The position numbers and the translations under genes were made by a program. The notes beneath the pieces were generated by a model that saw only the letters and a list, made by a program, of their open reading frames with translations, did no database searches and had not been told where the DNA came from. Below are positions 60,978-64,000 of a stretch of DNA of 64,000 bases, in pieces. How positions within the stretch are numbered: position 1 is the first letter of the stretch; each line of letters opens with the position of its first letter. The stretch is from Coleofasciculus sp. B1-GNL1-01 (GTDB taxonomy: Bacteria > Cyanobacteriota > Cyanobacteriia > Cyanobacteriales > Coleofasciculaceae): the NCBI GenBank assembly GCA_040220235.1, contig JAVJTO010000075.1, one strand, 5' to 3'.

Positions 60978-61458
60978 GTAGAATTAAGGAAACAGTTGCG
61001 TACCTACAGTGACACTAGGTTCGACCTGTAGAAACTATCTCATAGATACTGTCCGTAACTGATTCACACTTCCAGACTTTTGACTTGCACGTTACCAAAC
61101 TCCAATGCTTGCCCTTGGGCGAAGGGGCATGACATTGGCTACCTGTAGCATTGGAGAAAAAGTAGATCCATGAGAGTGTCAGTAGTCTTCAGTCACTCCC
61201 TGATCACGATTTACGTTTTCTAAGTAAAGCTAAAGTTTTTGCTTTTCAGAATCATAAAGGGTAGCCAAAGTAAGAGTGACCGATCAATTTTAGGTATGCG
61301 ATTTAAGATTTTTGGTGAAAAAGGTAACTCAGACAAGCATTCAAGCATTATTAAAGCTTGGCTAGTTTGCCTGTTCTCTAAACTAATCAGCTATCTAAAA
61401 TTTCAACAAAGACCAAGCTTCAGTACTTGAGCGTACTGCCAAATTTTGAGGGAATTGA

Positions 61459-63495
61459 ATGGCAAAGCAAATTATTATTGCAGAGCAATATCGGCTGGCT
61501 GCTGTTTTTTCAGAAGATCAAATCCAAGAACTTGTCGTTGCCACGGGCAGCCACCAAGTCGGTGATATTTATCTCGGTATTGTCGAAAACGTTTTACCAG
61601 GCATTGATGCCGCATTCGTCAATATTGGTGATGCCGAACGCAATGGATTTATTCATGTCACTGACTTGGGTCCTCTGCGACTTAAACGTCGCTCCGGGGC
61701 GATTACGGAACTGCTTACCCCGCAGCAAAAAGTCTTAGTCCAAGTGATGAAGGAGCCGACGGGCAATAAAGGTCCTCGGCTGACCGGAAATATCAGCTTA
61801 CCAGGTCGTTATCTGGTGCTGATGCCTTATGGACGAGGGGTTAATTTATCCCGACGGATAAAGAACGAAAACGAACGTAATCGCCTCAGAGCCTTGGCTG
61901 TGCTGATTAAACCCGCTGGGATGGGATTATTGGTTCGCACAGAAGCCGAGGGCAGAGCGGAAGAAGCGATAATGGAGGATTTGGAGGCGCTGCAACGCCA
62001 GTGGGAAGCCATCCAGCAGGAGGCAACTTCCACCAGAGCGCCAGCTCTACTTAATCGCGATGATGATTTTATCCAACGAGTCCTCCGCGATATGTACACA
62101 GCGGATGTGAATCGGATTGTGGTTGATTCCAATACTGGGGTCAAACGGGTAAAACAGCAGTTAGTAAGCTGGAGTGGCGGTCGATCACCGGAAGGGGTTT
62201 TAATTGACCATCACCGCGATCGCCTCTCAATTCTCGATTATTTCCGTATTAATGCGGCGATTCGAGAAGCCTTAAAGCCACGAGTTGATCTGCCATCGGG
62301 AGGCTATATTATTATCCAACCGACGGAAGCGCTAACCGTTATTGATGTAAACTCCGGTTCCTTTACCCGTTCCGCTACGGCGCGAGAAACCGTCCTCTGG
62401 ACTAACTGCGAAGCCGCGACAGAAATCGCCCGCCAATTGCGCCTACGTAATATTGCTGGCGTAATCATCGTGGACTTTATCGATATGGACTCGCGGCGTG
62501 ATCAATTACAAGTTCTGGAACATTTCAACAAAGCGTTGAAAATGGACAAAGCCAGACCCCAAATCGCCCAATTGTCAGAATTGGGGTTAGTCGAACTCAC
62601 CCGCAAGCGCCAAGGTCAAAATATTTACGAATTATTTGGTCGCACTTGTCCAAGCTGTGGTGGATTGGGACATCTGGTGCATCTTCCCGGTGAGCCAGAA
62701 CCTCAAGTACAGCAAGAGCCAGAGCCTATTTCTCGCGTTGACATCCCAGAAACCTCTGATCTTCCAGAACCCCTGGATATCCCTGGCTTTAATGAACCGG
62801 ATGAACTTGAACTCAATCATCCGAGTTATCAAGAACGGGGAATCCCCAATGGCACTAATCGCCGCCGTCGCCGTCGCCGCCTGGAGGATGTAATCTCCAA
62901 GGATGAACCTGTAGCCAAGAGCAGCAATGTTCGCCCAATTACCTTGTCTCAACGTTCCTCTGATGTGAGTGAAGATGTAGAGGGGACGAGGCGCGATACG
63001 ACATCTGTTGAACGTCCCATCGTGTCAGACTCCAGTGAACGAGTGGGCAAACCCCAGCTCATTCGGTCGGTGGTAGAAATGGAACCGCCGGAAGTTATTC
63101 AGGTTGAGATGACGCCGGAAGAACAGGATGTTTATGCTTTGATGGGTATTTCACCATTAGTGCGGTTAGATCAGGAGATTAGAAATCCCCGATCAGTTAT
63201 GGTTTCGGTGGTGCTTCCTGGAGAAGCTGAATCGGATTCTTCTGACAATGACACTCCTGACAATGACACCACTGATAATGACACCACTGACGATTCATGG
63301 GAGGATAGGTCTCACCCATCAGAGGAGTCAGACTCAGAAGAGAGTTCAGACAAAGTACTGGTTACTTCTTCTGGAGAAGCCGTTGATGCTGATTTAGAAT
63401 CATCGGCTGATTCAACCTCAACCAGCGAATCAGAAACAAAACCGCCTTTGATTCGCCGTCGCCGCCGCCGTTCTTCAGCAATGGAGAATGAGTAA
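61459..63495 (+). CDS. rne: Ribonuclease E
   Basis: GDIYLG.VENVLPGIDAAFV, KEPTGNKGPRL, IDVNSG, DFIDM, ELTRKR, CPSC, Arg-rich tracts and terminal RRRRRRSSA. Confidence 0.97.
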   Translation: MAKQIIIAEQYRLAAVFSEDQIQELVVATGSHQVGDIYLGIVENVLPGIDAAFVNIGDAERNGFIHVTDLGPLRLKRRSGAITELLTPQQKVLVQVMKEPTGNKGPRLTGNISLPGRYLVLMPYGRGVNLSRRIKNENERNRLRALAVLIKPAGMGLLVRTEAEGRAEEAIMEDLEALQRQWEAIQQEATSTRAPALLNRDDDFIQRVLRDMYTADVNRIVVDSNTGVKRVKQQLVSWSGGRSPEGVLIDHHRDRLSILDYFRINAAIREALKPRVDLPSGGYIIIQPTEALTVIDVNSGSFTRSATARETVLWTNCEAATEIARQLRLRNIAGVIIVDFIDMDSRRDQLQVLEHFNKALKMDKARPQIAQLSELGLVELTRKRQGQNIYELFGRTCPSCGGLGHLVHLPGEPEPQVQQEPEPISRVDIPETSDLPEPLDIPGFNEPDELELNHPSYQERGIPNGTNRRRRRRRLEDVISKDEPVAKSSNVRPITLSQRSSDVSEDVEGTRRDTTSVERPIVSDSSERVGKPQLIRSVVEMEPPEVIQVEMTPEEQDVYALMGISPLVRLDQEIRNPRSVMVSVVLPGEAESDSSDNDTPDNDTTDNDTTDDSWEDRSHPSEESDSEESSDKVLVTSSGEAVDADLESSADSTSTSESETKPPLIRRRRRRSSAMENE

Positions 63496-63718
63496 GGGAT
63501 AAAGGGGTTTCAAAAGCGGATTGGGTATCACCCCCCAAGTTAGGCTTCACCCCTAGCCCCTCTCATTCCCCCCTTATAGATCCCCCTCCCGTCCCCCTTA
63601 AAAAGGGGGAAGCCAGAGGATGCTTCGCTTTTTTGGCACAGGAAAGCCAGAGAATGCTTCGCTTTTTGTTCCATGGGGGAGGTCTTATTTATGTAACGGC
63701 AGAGCATAGTAAGAATCC

Positions 63719-64000
63719 ATGAAAATGGAAAATTCGGCTAACTATTGTCAACTACCCGAACTATCAGGCGATCGCAAATTGGTCGCCGGAGTCGATGAAG
63801 TTGGGCGTGGCGCTTTATTTGGTCCGGTTGTGGCAGCAGCGGTTATTTTACCCGCATCGACTCTGCCCAATTTGGCTGGTTCTGGAATGAAAGATAGTAA
63901 ACAGTTAACTCGTCTACGACGCCAGAAATTGGCGCAAGCGATTCAAGAGTTAGCCGTCGATTGGAGGATTGGTTATGCCACCAGTGCTGAAATCGACCAA
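63719..64000 (+). CDS. rnhB: Ribonuclease HII (5' part, runs off the window)
   Basis: Manual translation MKMENS...VAGVDEVGRGALFGPVVAAAVILP...KDSKQL; the rne-rnhB order is conserved in cyanobacteria. Confidence 0.92.
   Translation, partial: MKMENSANYCQLPELSGDRKLVAGVDEVGRGALFGPVVAAAVILPASTLPNLAGSGMKDSKQLTRLRRQKLAQAIQELAVDWRIGYATSAEIDQ

Noticed and set aside
63244..63292. 15-bp tandem repeat in rne (DNDTP/DNDTT) and the 21-bp duplication at the nblS C-terminus
   Set aside because: Ordinary slippage in disordered tails.
1..64000. tRNA, rRNA, prophage or integrase
   Set aside because: No cloverleaf or rRNA signatures and no integrase or phage structural genes seen by eye; tRNAscan-SE and Infernal would be needed for a formal exclusion.

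Overview
64 kb of a cyanobacterial chromosome. Evidence: very frequent HIP1 octamer GCGATCGC, psaM, nblS/hik33, gifA, and heptameric STRR repeats; the repeat repertoire suggests a filamentous Oscillatoriales/Coleofasciculus-like strain (inference). The backbone is mostly housekeeping: SLH-OprB porin, priA, speB, pyrH-frr, lipB, uppP, psaM, rplU-rpmA, gloB-rplI-dnaB, purD-nblS, photolyase-nudix-folK, cysteine desulfurase and rne-rnhB. Accessory material includes two TnpB loci (a broken 3' remnant at the start and an intact tnpB between purD and nblS), a NACHT-HEAT STAND protein, a WD40/kinase/Uma2 island (about 50.6-59 kb), two MITE families and many REP/SDR/STRR repeats, some nested or inside genes. 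No rRNA, tRNA or CRISPR array was found. The best candidates for new biology, all hypotheses from motif reading, are: (1) a small lipoprotein made of NPCA(G/A)K Cys repeats, divergent from a thiol-dioxygenase-like cupin; (2) a GAF protein whose C-terminus looks like a divergent class III nucleotidyl cyclase; (3) an ABC exporter fused to an orphan HisKA phosphoacceptor domain; (4) a tandem gifA duplication under one NtcA-boxed promoter; (5) a TnpB element with possible cargo whose predicted guide comes from the nblS upstream region; (6) a chromophore-less phycobiliprotein-like protein with an NtcA box.
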